Under the pieces are notes generated by a model. It was not told the origin of the DNA. It saw only the letters and a program-made list of their open reading frames with translations, and did no database searches. From assembly GCA_963724765.1 (NCBI GenBank), contig CAVRVY010000001.1:544001-608000 (forward strand): a DNA stretch of 64,000 bases, given 5' to 3'. This DNA is from an uncultured delta proteobacterium (GTDB taxonomy: Bacteria > Desulfobacterota > Binatia > Binatales > Binataceae). Made by a program: the position numbers and the translations under genes. Below are positions 10,449 to 20,103 of this stretch, piece after piece (position 1 is the stretch's first letter; each line of letters begins with the position of its first letter).

Positions 10449-11303
10449 CTATTTGGGGATCTCCGTCGCGTCGCGGATCTCGCTGAGGGTCGCGAACCAT
10501 CCTCCTTTCTCCGCAATGTACTCAATCAAACCTTCGAGCCGCGAAATCATGTGCGCTCTACCCATGGTCTGTGGATGAGTGGTAACGACGTAACAGGCGC
10601 CAGTTTCATTCTCGATCGCGTAGTCAAATATCGCTTTCCATCGATCGAAAATTCCGCCAACGGGATTCATCCCTTCCTGCTTGCCGGTGATGTATTCCTC
10701 TGGGGGAAAATCATCGAGATACCAGGACACCGGAATCTCAAGAACCTTGCTGGAGGCGCCGAAAACATTGGCCTTATCTGCATTTACTTCGACCCGCCGG
10801 ATCACGTAGGGGTGCAGATCGTTGCCCATCAGACTGCTGTCGGCGGAAAACCCGTTCTCTTCCAGGATCGACAGCGTATTGGGGCTGAAATCCCAGTACG
10901 GGGAACGGTACACCCGCGGCTTCACGCCGATCCGGGATAGTGCCTCCAGCCCCATCTGCATGACCTTGCGCTCTTCGGCCAGGCTCATGGGTGTGGGATT
11001 TTCGTGAACGTAACCATGGTGTCCGATCTCGTGCCCGGCGGCTACTATCTCCCGACAGAGTTCGGGCCACGTATCCACGGTATGACCTGGAATGCACCAC
11101 GAGGTCTTGATGTGATGCTTGTCGAACAGCTTGAGCAGGCGCGGGGTGGCGACCTCCGCACCGAACTCACCGCGCGCCATGTATGCCGGCGACGTCAGAT
11201 TGAATGAGCCTATCCAGATCGCCTGAGCGTCGAAGTCGCAGCCGATGTTAACTGCTATCTTTTTTCCTGCCGGGATTTTTACCTTGCCAGCTACCTGAGG
11301 CAT
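10449..11303 (-). CDS. Polysaccharide deacetylase family protein (PuuE/PgdA-like, CE4 fold)
   Basis: CDFDA, RGEFG, HEIGHHGYVHE, YRSPYW, EIPVSWYLDD and HPQ motifs; GGAGG RBS. Confidence 0.9.
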   Translation of the reverse strand: MPQVAGKVKIPAGKKIAVNIGCDFDAQAIWIGSFNLTSPAYMARGEFGAEVATPRLLKLFDKHHIKTSWCIPGHTVDTWPELCREIVAAGHEIGHHGYVHENPTPMSLAEERKVMQMGLEALSRIGVKPRVYRSPYWDFSPNTLSILEENGFSADSSLMGNDLHPYVIRRVEVNADKANVFGASSKVLEIPVSWYLDDFPPEEYITGKQEGMNPVGGIFDRWKAIFDYAIENETGACYVVTTHPQTMGRAHMISRLEGLIEYIAEKGGWFATLSEIRDATEIPK

Positions 11304-11362
11304 CGAACCCCCCTCCCTTGCGGCTGATCGCTTGCTCGAAAGCTATCCGGGCTAAACTATCT

Positions 11363-11378
11363 AGCTAAACTTGTGCCA
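11363..11378 (-). promoter_or_regulatory. Possible sigma-54 (-24/-12) promoter upstream of the deacetylase
   Basis: Minus strand TGGCACAAGTTTAGCT has GG-N10-GC spacing and lies in the intergenic gap. Confidence 0.3.
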
Positions 11379-11388
11379 CTTAGTACCG

Positions 11389-12315
11389 TCAGGCCTGCGT
11401 GTTCGGCACTTCCAATCCTCGCTTGCTCGAGATTCTCTTGTTCGACAGCTTTTCCGGCTTATAAGGCGGGTATTGATTGTACATGGGCGCTCTTCGGATA
11501 CGATCGTTGAAGGTGGTTGCGGCTCCGGTCTTGCGATTGTCGTATAGCGGATCGATGTCGACTGCTGCCGTAATGACCATCTGCTTGTTCGTTGTCGCCT
11601 CTGCCACGATGCCATTCGCATTCCAGGGCTGGTCGCAAGGGCTAAGGATCGAACTGCGACCGTAACCCGGCGGAAGTGGTGCGCCGGCGTTTCCGATCGT
11701 GCAGCAATGGACAAAGTAGATCTGATTCTCGATGCATCGCGACTGAGCGCAATGCCTGACGCGCCAGAAGCCCGCTTCTGAAAACGTGAATGACGGGCAA
11801 AGGATTATCTCGGCGCCATTGTAGGCCAGGATTCTGCAGACTTCGGGAATTTCCGCTTCGTAGCAGATCGCGACGCCCACTTTCGCGGGGCCGATATCCC
11901 AGACTTCCAGCGTATCGCCCTCGGTCGTCTGCCATTGCGACTCCGCTGGAAAAATATGGGTCTTTTTGTGGGTCAACTCGCGGCCCTCCGGCGTAAAGAG
12001 GTGCGCGACGTTGAAGTAGAGGTCGCCCTGCTTCTCAAGATGGGAACCGGCCAGCACAATTTGCTTGCGGCTCGTCGCGATTTGATGGAACAGTTCCCTG
12101 TAACGCGGGGTAAACTCGACTATACGTGTGAGATCCGCGACCGAGGATGCGTCTGGATAGACCGTCAAAAGGCCGACCGTAAACAGTTCGGGAAACAGCA
12201 CGTAGTCGCTGTCGCGCGGCACCTCCGCCATGGCCTGTTCGACTCGCGTCCGAAAATCGTCGAAGCCGCCGCGCGCAATCGGAAACTGACAAGCCGAAAT
12301 TTTCGCCGCACGCAT
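11389..12315 (-). CDS. Carbon-nitrogen hydrolase (nitrilase superfamily amidase)
   Basis: E-K-C triad contexts LFPELF, HKKTHIF and AICYEAE. ATG 12315 has an AGGAG RBS 7 nt upstream. Confidence 0.92.
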   Translation of the reverse strand: MRAAKISACQFPIARGGFDDFRTRVEQAMAEVPRDSDYVLFPELFTVGLLTVYPDASSVADLTRIVEFTPRYRELFHQIATSRKQIVLAGSHLEKQGDLYFNVAHLFTPEGRELTHKKTHIFPAESQWQTTEGDTLEVWDIGPAKVGVAICYEAEIPEVCRILAYNGAEIILCPSFTFSEAGFWRVRHCAQSRCIENQIYFVHCCTIGNAGAPLPPGYGRSSILSPCDQPWNANGIVAEATTNKQMVITAAVDIDPLYDNRKTGAATTFNDRIRRAPMYNQYPPYKPEKLSNKRISSKRGLEVPNTQA

Positions 12316-12364
12316 CGCATATCTCCTGAAAGCCGTTACTTCAGCTGACACGCCACAGCCGAGC

Positions 12365-12580
12365 TTCGCGAATTCGGGACGACAGCTTCCGAAGAGGAGG
12401 CAAGCTCCTCAACGAAACCTACCGGGTACAGTGCTGTGTAAAGCCCAACGGGACTCTGTCGTCCGGCTATACCCTTTCGGGGGAGGACCCTTCGGAGATA
12501 GCGCAGGGCTGCGTCGGGCGGCCGAAAGGTGCCTTCGCTACTGGGTTTGGGTCATCACCCCTTGGGGAAGGCAGACAAAA
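12365..12580. ncRNA. Candidate structured RNA (cis-regulatory leader or sRNA), family unassigned
   Basis: Nested stems GGACGACAG/CTGTCGTCC, GAGGAG/CTCCTC, GCTAT/ATAGC, CGCAG/CTGCG and TGCCTTC/GAAGGCA, with GAAA/TTCG-type loops; no credible ORF. Confidence 0.4.
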
Positions 12581-12584
12581 GTCG

Positions 12585-12644
12585 ATTTAACACAGACGCG
12601 TTCCGAATGTAAAGGGGCGAGAAACAAATATTCTTCAGCGTAAA
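12585..12644 (-). promoter_or_regulatory. Left-arm promoter with two TTTAC-N4/5-xGAA operator-like sites
   Basis: Minus strand TTTACA-17 nt-TTAAAT. Sites TTTACGCTGAAGAAT and TTTACATTCGGAAC are 31 bp apart. Confidence 0.5.
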
Positions 12645-12922
12645 CAGATCGCCCCTCGAATTGTTGTAAGAGCGCGGTCGCCAAACCGCCGAGAAAAACG
12701 CCATTAAGTCCACGAGTGCTTTGCATACAACGTTAAAACAAAATTCTTAGGAATTAACCCTGGAACGGCCATTACACAAGAACGATCCTGCGGACGCCGC
12801 GAACGCGAAATCTTCCGGGCGGCGAGATGTAGATAGAGAAGACAAGGCCGGCGTCCGGGGACCGTCCCGTGCCTTGCCGCGCTGAACACCTGTGAGGCAT
12901 ATTCCTGCTCGGCAATCTATTT

Positions 12923-13546
12923 ATGTCAAACAGAAAATCAGCGAGTCCCAGAGCCGCCGTACTTGAAGTCACTCTTCGAAAATATATCGGCCGCGCACTG
13001 CGCGACCATCGGCGCCAGCACGCCTTGACAATCAGTCAGGTGGCCGAGTTAGCGCGGATCAGTTCCGGGATGTTGAGTAAAATTGAGAACGGCCAGGTGG
13101 CGCCGACGCTCGACGTCATCGAGCGTACCAGCACGGCGCTTGGATTGACTCTCGGGCAGCTTTTCCAGAACTATGCTGTGCCGGATGGAAGTGCTCAGCA
13201 AGTAAAATCTGGCCAGGGCATGGAGGTGGTCCGAGTCGGCACCAAGCGGGGCCACACGTATCACTTGCTGGCTTACGGGCGCGGGCCGAGGAAGCTATTC
13301 GAACCGTTCCTCATCACGATGAACGATCAGAGCGAGGCCTTTCCTTCCTTTCAGCATGAAGGGACCGAGTTCATCTACATGCTGCAAGGAAAGATTGCCT
13401 ATCGGCACGGTCGCAATACGTACCGGCTTGAGCCAGGGGATGCGTTGACCTTTGCCGGCAACGTGCTTCACGGACCTGAACACCTGATCGAGGTGCCGAT
13501 CCGTTTTTTGTCGATAATCATGTACGGCGACAACAACGGCGAGTAA
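12923..13546 (+). CDS. XRE-family HTH + cupin transcriptional regulator
   Basis: HTH_3-like ISSGMLSKIENGQVAPT plus cupin FQHEGTEFIYMLQG...LEPGDAL...HGP; a regulator type often found beside NMG-pathway genes. Confidence 0.92.
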   Translation: MSNRKSASPRAAVLEVTLRKYIGRALRDHRRQHALTISQVAELARISSGMLSKIENGQVAPTLDVIERTSTALGLTLGQLFQNYAVPDGSAQQVKSGQGMEVVRVGTKRGHTYHLLAYGRGPRKLFEPFLITMNDQSEAFPSFQHEGTEFIYMLQGKIAYRHGRNTYRLEPGDALTFAGNVLHGPEHLIEVPIRFLSIIMYGDNNGE

Positions 13547-13753
13547 CTCGTAACGATTGCCCCCTCCTTGCGCGGGCCGCGTGAGGACGCTGCCGCCGTG
13601 GAAATTTTGTCTTAAGCTGAGACTGCACAAGCAGCCTGGGAGTTCACCCAAGGGAACTTTCTGTTTCTGATAGGCATCGCCTCGAGTAGCCTGATCATCC
13701 TGCATTCCATGGTAGGCAACGGTTTGGAATGCCGCCCGCCAATCGCCGGGAGG

Positions 13754-13812
13754 TTTACAGATGGGAAAGTTTTTTTCTGAAACTTTACAAATTGAACCTC
13801 GCTGTGCTATCG
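13754..13812 (+). promoter_or_regulatory. Right-arm promoter with two TTTAC-N4/5-xGAA operator-like sites
   Basis: TTTACAGATGGGAAA and TTTACAAATTGAAC are 30 bp apart and followed by CTGTGCTA, mirroring the left-arm promoter. Confidence 0.5.
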
Positions 13813-13922
13813 GCAATTTGTCCGTTCGCGAACTTTCGGCTGAACGCGGTCGAGTAAGAGTTTGCTCAAGGCACCAGGTTTGTCGCTGAAATAACATCGC
13901 GTGGCGAATAGGAGATCCAAAA

Positions 13923-15029
13923 ATGTCAGACGGATTCACCAGGCTCACGCTCAGAGGCGAGCCGCGCGACATCGGCTATCAGCACGGAGTGCGTCTCGCC
14001 TCCGCGATCGCGGACAACGTGGAGGGCTACTTCACTTTGTTCAAGCACTACGCAGGCCTCGACAGACAAGCGGTGCTCGGCCGCGCCTCTGACTTCGTGG
14101 GCATAATCGGCGCGTTCGACGAAGATCTGATAGCCGAGCTCCGGGGCATCGCCGAGGGCTCCGGCAAATCGCTCGAGGAGATCGTGGCGCTCAACTCACG
14201 AACTGAGATCATGTTCAAGGAGGGCGCAAGCCTGCTCCATGGCGAGTGCACCTCGATGGCCGCCACGCCGGAGGCGACGCTTTCCCAGCACACCCTGATC
14301 GCACAGAACTGGGACTGGATGCCGCGCATCCAGCGCAACTGCGTGCTCCTCGACCTGGAGCGGCGCGGCAAACCGAGGGTGCTGACCTTCACTGAAGCCG
14401 GCTTCGTTGGAAAGATCGGCATGAACAACGCGGGGCTCGGCCTTTGCTGCAATCTGCTGGTCACCCCTCAGACGCGCCCGGGCATTCCGTTCCACATTCT
14501 ATGCCGCCGAATCCTTGATTCCTCGTCGATCGGCGAGGCCTTGGGTGTTTTGTTGACGAGCGAGAGCGGCGCGAGCGGAAATTTTCTCGTCGCACATGCC
14601 GAGGGTGAAGCGGTGGACATCGAAAAGACTCCGACCGGCACGGACTATCTATATGGAACGACCGGAGTACTGGCGCATACGAACCACTTCGAATCGCGGC
14701 TGATGGTCGAAGACCAGGGGCGCAAGCTTCTACCGGACAGCATTTTGCGCTATTGCCGCGCGGGTAAGCTTCTGGGCCGCTCCGTCGGTGAGGTCGACGT
14801 ATCCACGCTGCAATCCATACTGAGGGATCACGTTAATCGCCCCAGCTCGATCTGCCGGCACGCAGACCTGCGCGCGCATGAACTCGAGCGGCTGCAGACG
14901 AATGCCTCGATCGTGATGGATCTGAGTGATGGGGTGATGCTCATCTGCAAAGGGCAACCCTGCGAGGGGCAATATCAAATCGAAAAACTAAACGAAGGCG
15001 CCTTCGAACCGCAAATGCTGTCGCAGTGA
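13923..15029 (+). CDS. C45 family autoproteolytic acyltransferase/hydrolase (Ntn fold)
   Basis: E|CTS autocleavage context, AQNWDW, GKIGMNNAGL and HTNHF motifs. Confidence 0.9.
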   Translation: MSDGFTRLTLRGEPRDIGYQHGVRLASAIADNVEGYFTLFKHYAGLDRQAVLGRASDFVGIIGAFDEDLIAELRGIAEGSGKSLEEIVALNSRTEIMFKEGASLLHGECTSMAATPEATLSQHTLIAQNWDWMPRIQRNCVLLDLERRGKPRVLTFTEAGFVGKIGMNNAGLGLCCNLLVTPQTRPGIPFHILCRRILDSSSIGEALGVLLTSESGASGNFLVAHAEGEAVDIEKTPTGTDYLYGTTGVLAHTNHFESRLMVEDQGRKLLPDSILRYCRAGKLLGRSVGEVDVSTLQSILRDHVNRPSSICRHADLRAHELERLQTNASIVMDLSDGVMLICKGQPCEGQYQIEKLNEGAFEPQMLSQ

Positions 15030-15107
15030 ACAGAGCTTTTATGATCGAAAAAAGAACAGGCTGCTGAACGCAACCTGCAGCATGGGCCCACAAAAGGAGC
15101 TATTTAT

Positions 15108-15998
15108 ATGGCCATCACGATGCCCAAGGGCAAACGGTTCGCGGTTTGCTTCACCTTCGACGTGGATATCACCAGCTTGTGGTTGGGATGTTTCAAGTTC
15201 AGCACGATGAACCCGCTCTCGCGCGGCGAGTTCGGCGTGGAAGGGCTAAGGCGGATCTTAAATCTGCTCGACAAGCACGACATCAAGGGCACGTTCTACC
15301 TGCCAGGCCATACCGCGCTGCATCACCCGGCGGAAATGCGCGAAATCGCCGCGCGCGGCCACGAGATCGGCTCGCACGGCATGTACCATCAGCCCAAAGA
15401 AGTGGGGCTGCTGGGGACCAACACCACTCGCGAAGAAAAGCGCGGCTATCTGAAGCAGCAAATTGAAGCTATCGAGAAGGTTACCGGCGTGCGTCCAGTG
15501 GGCTTTCGATCGCCGATCGGCGATTACGGATCCGACATGCCAGAGCTGCTGGTGGAGGAAGGTTATCTCTACGACAGCTCCCTGCAGGGTAGCGACTTCG
15601 TACCCTATCGGCTGCGGGTGGGAGCCAGTTACCAGTCCGAGGAGCCCTATGACATCAACTGGGGCACGCCTTCGAGGATAGTCGAGATACCCTGGATGTG
15701 GGACCTCGACGACTTTCCGCATTTCGAGTTCATGTCTTACTACCTCGACCCCAACAACGGCTGGTACGGCCAAGCCCCGTTATCGAGCCCGGAAAAAGTC
15801 AAGGAGGTCTGGTTGGGCCACTTCGATTTCATGTATGAGAACATTCCAGGCGGGGTATATACCACCGCGCAACATCCGCAGTGTTCGGGACGCGGCATGC
15901 GCCTGAAGTGCTTCGAAGAAATGATCAATCACATGAATCGCCAAGACGTCTGGTTCACAACTCATCGGGCGATCGCGGAAAACTTTGTCGGCGACTAA
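15108..15998 (+). CDS. Polysaccharide deacetylase family protein (PuuE/PgdA-like), second copy
   Basis: TFDVD, SRGEFG, HEIGSHGMYH, GFRSP, YDSSL, EIPWMWDLDD and HPQCSGR motifs. Confidence 0.9.
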   Translation: MAITMPKGKRFAVCFTFDVDITSLWLGCFKFSTMNPLSRGEFGVEGLRRILNLLDKHDIKGTFYLPGHTALHHPAEMREIAARGHEIGSHGMYHQPKEVGLLGTNTTREEKRGYLKQQIEAIEKVTGVRPVGFRSPIGDYGSDMPELLVEEGYLYDSSLQGSDFVPYRLRVGASYQSEEPYDINWGTPSRIVEIPWMWDLDDFPHFEFMSYYLDPNNGWYGQAPLSSPEKVKEVWLGHFDFMYENIPGGVYTTAQHPQCSGRGMRLKCFEEMINHMNRQDVWFTTHRAIAENFVGD

Positions 15999-16061
15999 GG
16001 CCTATGTATCGGTGTAGTCATAGGTAGAGCAATACCTAAGAGCGAACCGAGGAGTCGAGCG

Positions 16062-17036
16062 ATGAAACGAGTTGCGAGAGATCCGGAGAAGTTTCGGTAC
16101 GTATTTAGTAACAAGTTCAGCCCTGTCCTTGAAGTCAAACCTGGCGAAGAGTTCGTGCTGGAGACCGAAGACGCCTTCGGCGGAAAGATAAGAAAGGCTA
16201 CCGATTTGCCGGTAGCCGATCTGCTCCCGGGACTTCATCGCATGCCGCCATATTTGAATCCTCTCGTAGGGCCTGTGTATATCGACGGCGCCGAGCGGGG
16301 TGACGTAATCGTCGTGGATATTCACGAGATCGAGCCTCAGGACCAGGGTGTTTCAGTAGTCATCAGCGGCTTTGGCCCCTTGGCGGATTCGGCCAGTTGG
16401 CCCGAGTGTCACGGGCCGCACACACGAGTCCTCAAGTACGAACGCGGCAGCAGCGGAAACTTCAGGGACGGCCGGGTTATCTTCAATGAGAGGCTGTCCT
16501 GGCCTATGTCCCCGTTCATGGGATGCATCGGAGTGGCCCCGGACTTTGAGGAGGTTTCGTCTTTGGTTGGGCCGTATGACGGGCAGGCGGTGGGTGGTTT
16601 CGGAGGCAATTGGGATTCGCGTGAGGTTAGGCAGGGAAACCGCATTTCTCTGCCGGTTTACAACAAAGGCGGATTACTCTATCTGGGCGACATGCATGCC
16701 TCGCAAGGTGATGCGGAATGGACTGGTGTGGCCGTGGAGACGCGGGGAGAATTGCGTGTGAGTTGCGAACTGGTGAAGAAAAAAACCATCCCTTATCCGC
16801 GGATCGAGACTCCGCGCTCAATTATACAGTTGAATAACGGCAGGCCCCTGGAGCGCTCTATCAGTCAGGCTTGGATTTGGATGATGGGTTGGCTGGTCGA
16901 TGAATACAGGTTTAGCAAAATTGACGCATATCAGTTTATATCGTGTTGTCCCGACGCGCGCATCAACGTCTATCAGATGATCCCCGAGAACTGGTACACG
17001 GTCGGAGTCGAAATACCCAAAGCATACCTCGGGTAG
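16062..17036 (+). CDS. Acetamidase/formamidase family protein
   Basis: [36 protein letters not shown] and [11 protein letters not shown] motifs. Confidence 0.9.
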   Translation: MKRVARDPEKFRYVFSNKFSPVLEVKPGEEFVLETEDAFGGKIRKATDLPVADLLPGLHRMPPYLNPLVGPVYIDGAERGDVIVVDIHEIEPQDQGVSVVISGFGPLADSASWPECHGPHTRVLKYERGSSGNFRDGRVIFNERLSWPMSPFMGCIGVAPDFEEVSSLVGPYDGQAVGGFGGNWDSREVRQGNRISLPVYNKGGLLYLGDMHASQGDAEWTGVAVETRGELRVSCELVKKKTIPYPRIETPRSIIQLNNGRPLERSISQAWIWMMGWLVDEYRFSKIDAYQFISCCPDARINVYQMIPENWYTVGVEIPKAYLG

Positions 17037-17109
17037 AACCGCGCACTTCGATGAGCGCCCCGGCGCCTCTTGCGATGAAAGCAAATCCGAAGCGAGGGTC
17101 GTACGAGCA

Positions 17110-18486
17110 ATGCCTGCAAACGAAAAAAAGTCAGCCAAACACACAGCGCTGACACGAGAAGCGGCCAAGGCCTTTCTCGAGGCCAACCAAATCAAGTTCG
17201 TGCTCGCCCAGTTCGTGGATATTCACGGCGTGGCAAAGACCAAGGCGGTGCCGGTCGAGCATTTCGAAGACATCATCATGGAGGACGGCGCTGGCTTTGC
17301 CGGTTTCGCGCTGTGGGGCATGGGACAGGAGCCCCAGGATCCCGACTACATGGCGATAGGCGATCTTGCGACCTTGACACTGATGCCGTGGCAACCGGGT
17401 TACGCGAGGATCGTGTGCGATGGCAGGGTGAAGGGTAAGCCGTGGCCGTTCGACAGCCGTTTCGTGCTGAAGGAGCAGGTCCGTCGCCTGAGCGAACGAG
17501 GCTGGACGTTGAACTCCGGGCTGGAGCCGGAATTCATGCTCTTCGGCCGCCGTCCGGACGGTTCCATTGCTCCGGCCGATGAAACCGACCGGCTGGACAA
17601 GCCCTGCTACGATTACAAAGGGCTGGCGCGGAACCGGGCGTTCATTGAGCGGCTGGTCGACGCATTGAAACGAGCGGGTTTCGACGTTTACCAAGTCGAT
17701 CACGAGGACGCCAACGGTCAATTCGAGGTAAACTTCACGTACGCGGACTGTCTGACTACCGCGGACCGCATGGTATTTTTCCGCATGGCGGCTGGCGAGA
17801 TCGCCCGTGAGCTTGGACTGATCTGCTCGTTCATGCCTAAACCGCTGTCGGATAGAACTGGCAGCGGGATGCACATGCACGCGTCGATGGCCGACGCGAA
17901 GAATCCCAACCTTTTTATGGATCGCACCGACCGCCGCAAACTTGGTCTGTCGGCGTTGGCCTACCAGTTTCTCGGCGGCCTGTTGGCGCATGCTCGCGCC
18001 CTTACCGCGCTGGTTGCTCCGACGGTGAACTCGTATAAGCGGTTGGTAGTGGGACGATCGTTTTCCGGCGCAACCTGGGCCCCGGCCTACATATCGTACG
18101 GCGACAACAATCGAAGCTGCATGGTCCGCATACCGTACGGTAGATTGGAAATGAGGCTGATTGATTCGAGCGCCAACCCGTACCTGGCCACCGCCGGAGT
18201 GATCGCGGCGGGACTCGACGGTATCGATCGAAAACTTGATCCCGGTGAGCCGCGCAACTTCAATCATTACGGACTGGATGAAACGGACCTGCGTTCGCGT
18301 GGGGTCGAGACCCTGCCGCAGAGCCTGCCCGAGGCGCTCGATGCGCTCCAGGCGGATAGTCTTTTCCACGGGATGTTGGGAAAGGAGTTTGTGGCGGAGT
18401 TCATCCGGCTCAAGCGTATGGAATGGGTGGACTACCACCGGCATGTATCAGACTGGGAAGTGAAGCGGTATCTGGAGTTTTACTGA
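17110..18486 (+). CDS. gmaS: Gamma-glutamylmethylamide synthetase (type III glutamine synthetase-like, GlnT)
   Basis: [41 protein letters not shown] and SGATWAPA motifs; directly upstream of mgsABC. Confidence 0.88.
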   Translation: MPANEKKSAKHTALTREAAKAFLEANQIKFVLAQFVDIHGVAKTKAVPVEHFEDIIMEDGAGFAGFALWGMGQEPQDPDYMAIGDLATLTLMPWQPGYARIVCDGRVKGKPWPFDSRFVLKEQVRRLSERGWTLNSGLEPEFMLFGRRPDGSIAPADETDRLDKPCYDYKGLARNRAFIERLVDALKRAGFDVYQVDHEDANGQFEVNFTYADCLTTADRMVFFRMAAGEIARELGLICSFMPKPLSDRTGSGMHMHASMADAKNPNLFMDRTDRRKLGLSALAYQFLGGLLAHARALTALVAPTVNSYKRLVVGRSFSGATWAPAYISYGDNNRSCMVRIPYGRLEMRLIDSSANPYLATAGVIAAGLDGIDRKLDPGEPRNFNHYGLDETDLRSRGVETLPQSLPEALDALQADSLFHGMLGKEFVAEFIRLKRMEWVDYHRHVSDWEVKRYLEFY

Positions 18487-18507
18487 GATGAGCGGGAGGT
18501 CAGTTTC

Positions 18508-19410
18508 GTGTGCGGAATTATAGGACTGTTGGCCAAGAAGAAAGAGTTGCGCCAGTCGCTCGGCGAGTTGGTCCTTCCGATGTTCGACTGCATGGCCGAG
18601 CGCGGACCGGACTCGGCCGGGCTGGCGGTCTTCGCAGCCGCCGTGAAACCGCCGCTGCGCCGCTTCAGTCTGTTCAGTGATCGCGAGGGCTATGACTGGA
18701 ATGGCTTAGCGCGATCGGTACAAAAAGATTTTGGATGTCACGCCGAGATCATCACGCGTGACAATCATGCTGAGGTTGTCGCAGCAATAGAAGGTGATCC
18801 CTTCAGGCGCTGGCTCAAGCAACGGGGCGACGATGTGCGCGTGCTGGCGGTGGGGCATTCGATCGAGCTGTTCAAGGATGTAGGCCGTCCGGACGAGGTC
18901 GCCAGGCGTTACGGATTCTCCGCTTTGCGTGGCACGCATTGCGTGGGCCATACGAGGATGGCGACCGAGTCGCAGGTATCGCCGGCGCACGCTCATCCGT
19001 TCACCGCGGGCGAGGACTTTTGCCTGGTGCATAACGGCTCGTTGTCGAATCCCTATAGCCTGCGCCGCCTGCTGGAGGAGGAGAACCTGGAATTCGAAAC
19101 AGACAACGATAGCGAATCGGCCTGCCGTTTTTTGCAGTGGCGCATGCGCAAGGGCGATACGATTGAGCAGGCACTTGGTGCGGCGCTTGACAAGATCGAC
19201 GGCTTTTACACTTTTCTGATCGGAACGGCCGAACAGCTGGTGCTGATACGGGATCCATTCGCCTGCAAGCCCGCAGTGGTCGCGGAGACCGACCGATACG
19301 TCGCGATATCCTCGGAGTTCCGATCGCTGGCCCACTTGCCTGGAATCGCGGAAGCCAACATCTTCGAGCCGCTGCCCGAACAGATCTATGCATGGAGGGT
19401 CGCGGCATGA
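18508..19410 (+). CDS. mgsA: N-methylglutamate synthase subunit A (class II glutamine amidotransferase, GlxB)
   Basis: N-terminal MCGIIG, RGPDSAG, GHTRMATES and HNGSLSN motifs. Confidence 0.88.
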   Translation: MCGIIGLLAKKKELRQSLGELVLPMFDCMAERGPDSAGLAVFAAAVKPPLRRFSLFSDREGYDWNGLARSVQKDFGCHAEIITRDNHAEVVAAIEGDPFRRWLKQRGDDVRVLAVGHSIELFKDVGRPDEVARRYGFSALRGTHCVGHTRMATESQVSPAHAHPFTAGEDFCLVHNGSLSNPYSLRRLLEEENLEFETDNDSESACRFLQWRMRKGDTIEQALGAALDKIDGFYTFLIGTAEQLVLIRDPFACKPAVVAETDRYVAISSEFRSLAHLPGIAEANIFEPLPEQIYAWRVAA

Positions 19411-20096
19411 AGCCCCTCCGGCTCGATCTGTCCACGATGAGTGTCCGCGAACTGAATGACTACCTGCATCATCAGCTGGTCGCCGACGGCGTGCGCGCAG
19501 TCGAGATTCTCAATCCCAACGGCATGCACAACCTCGCGGTCGGACTTGACTATCCAGTCGAGGTGCACATACGGGGCAACGCCGGCTACTTCATCGGGGG
19601 CATGAACAAGCAGGCTCATATAACGGTATACGGCAACGTGGGCTGGAGCGTGGCCGAGAACATCATGTCGGGCAGCGTGCGGGTTAAAGGCAACGCCTCT
19701 GAGTGCACGGCCGCCTCGGGCCATGGCGGCCTGGTGGTGATCGAGGGCGACAGCTCCTCGCGATGCGGAATATCGATGAAGGGTTGCGACATCGTCGTCG
19801 GTGGCTCGGTGGGCCACATGTCGGGTTTCATGGCGCAGGCGGGCAATCTGCTGGTATGCGGCGACGCCGGCGCGCACCTGGGTGATTCGCTTTACGAAGC
19901 GGTGATTTACGTGCGCGGCAAAATTCATAGTCTTGGCGCGGATGCACGCGAGGAACCGATGACGGAGGCCGACTACGCCAAGATTGGACAGTTACTCAAG
20001 CGAGCCGGATTCGAACTCCCGTCCAAGGAGTTCAAACGGGTAGCTTCGGCGCGCACACTGTATCACTGGAACGCCGAAGCCCATCAGGAATATTGA
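19407..20096 (+). CDS. mgsB: N-methylglutamate synthase subunit B (GXGXG domain, GlxC)
   Basis: AENIMSG, RCGISMKG and GDSLYEA motifs; ATGA overlap with mgsA. Confidence 0.88.
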   Translation: MKPLRLDLSTMSVRELNDYLHHQLVADGVRAVEILNPNGMHNLAVGLDYPVEVHIRGNAGYFIGGMNKQAHITVYGNVGWSVAENIMSGSVRVKGNASECTAASGHGGLVVIEGDSSSRCGISMKGCDIVVGGSVGHMSGFMAQAGNLLVCGDAGAHLGDSLYEAVIYVRGKIHSLGADAREEPMTEADYAKIGQLLKRAGFELPSKEFKRVASARTLYHWNAEAHQEY

Positions 20097-20103
20097 GCGA
20101 CCA

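Noticed and set aside
12376-12465. Hammerhead ribozyme-like layout (CCGAAGAG...CGAAAC within a closing stem)
   Set aside because: The core is CCGAAGA rather than CUGANGA, there are extra bases at the junctions, and no NUH cleavage triplet is correctly placed.
12376-12580. Glycine or ykkC/guanidine riboswitch call
   Set aside because: Only fragments match (CCGAAG, GGAC, GGAGA, AAAGCCC). The conserved CUCAGG and the ykkC core are missing, and the matches are on the strand opposite the nearest gene. Kept as an unassigned structured RNA.
13868-13884. Sigma-54-like AGGCACCAGGTTTGT before the C45 gene
   Set aside because: The -12 element is GT, not GC, and the -24 element lacks the T.
17131-18444. 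437-aa minus-strand ORF
   Set aside because: Antisense shadow of gmaS, typical of GC-rich coding DNA. The same applies to 6758..7663, 20491..21345, 28810..29745 and 49803..50852.
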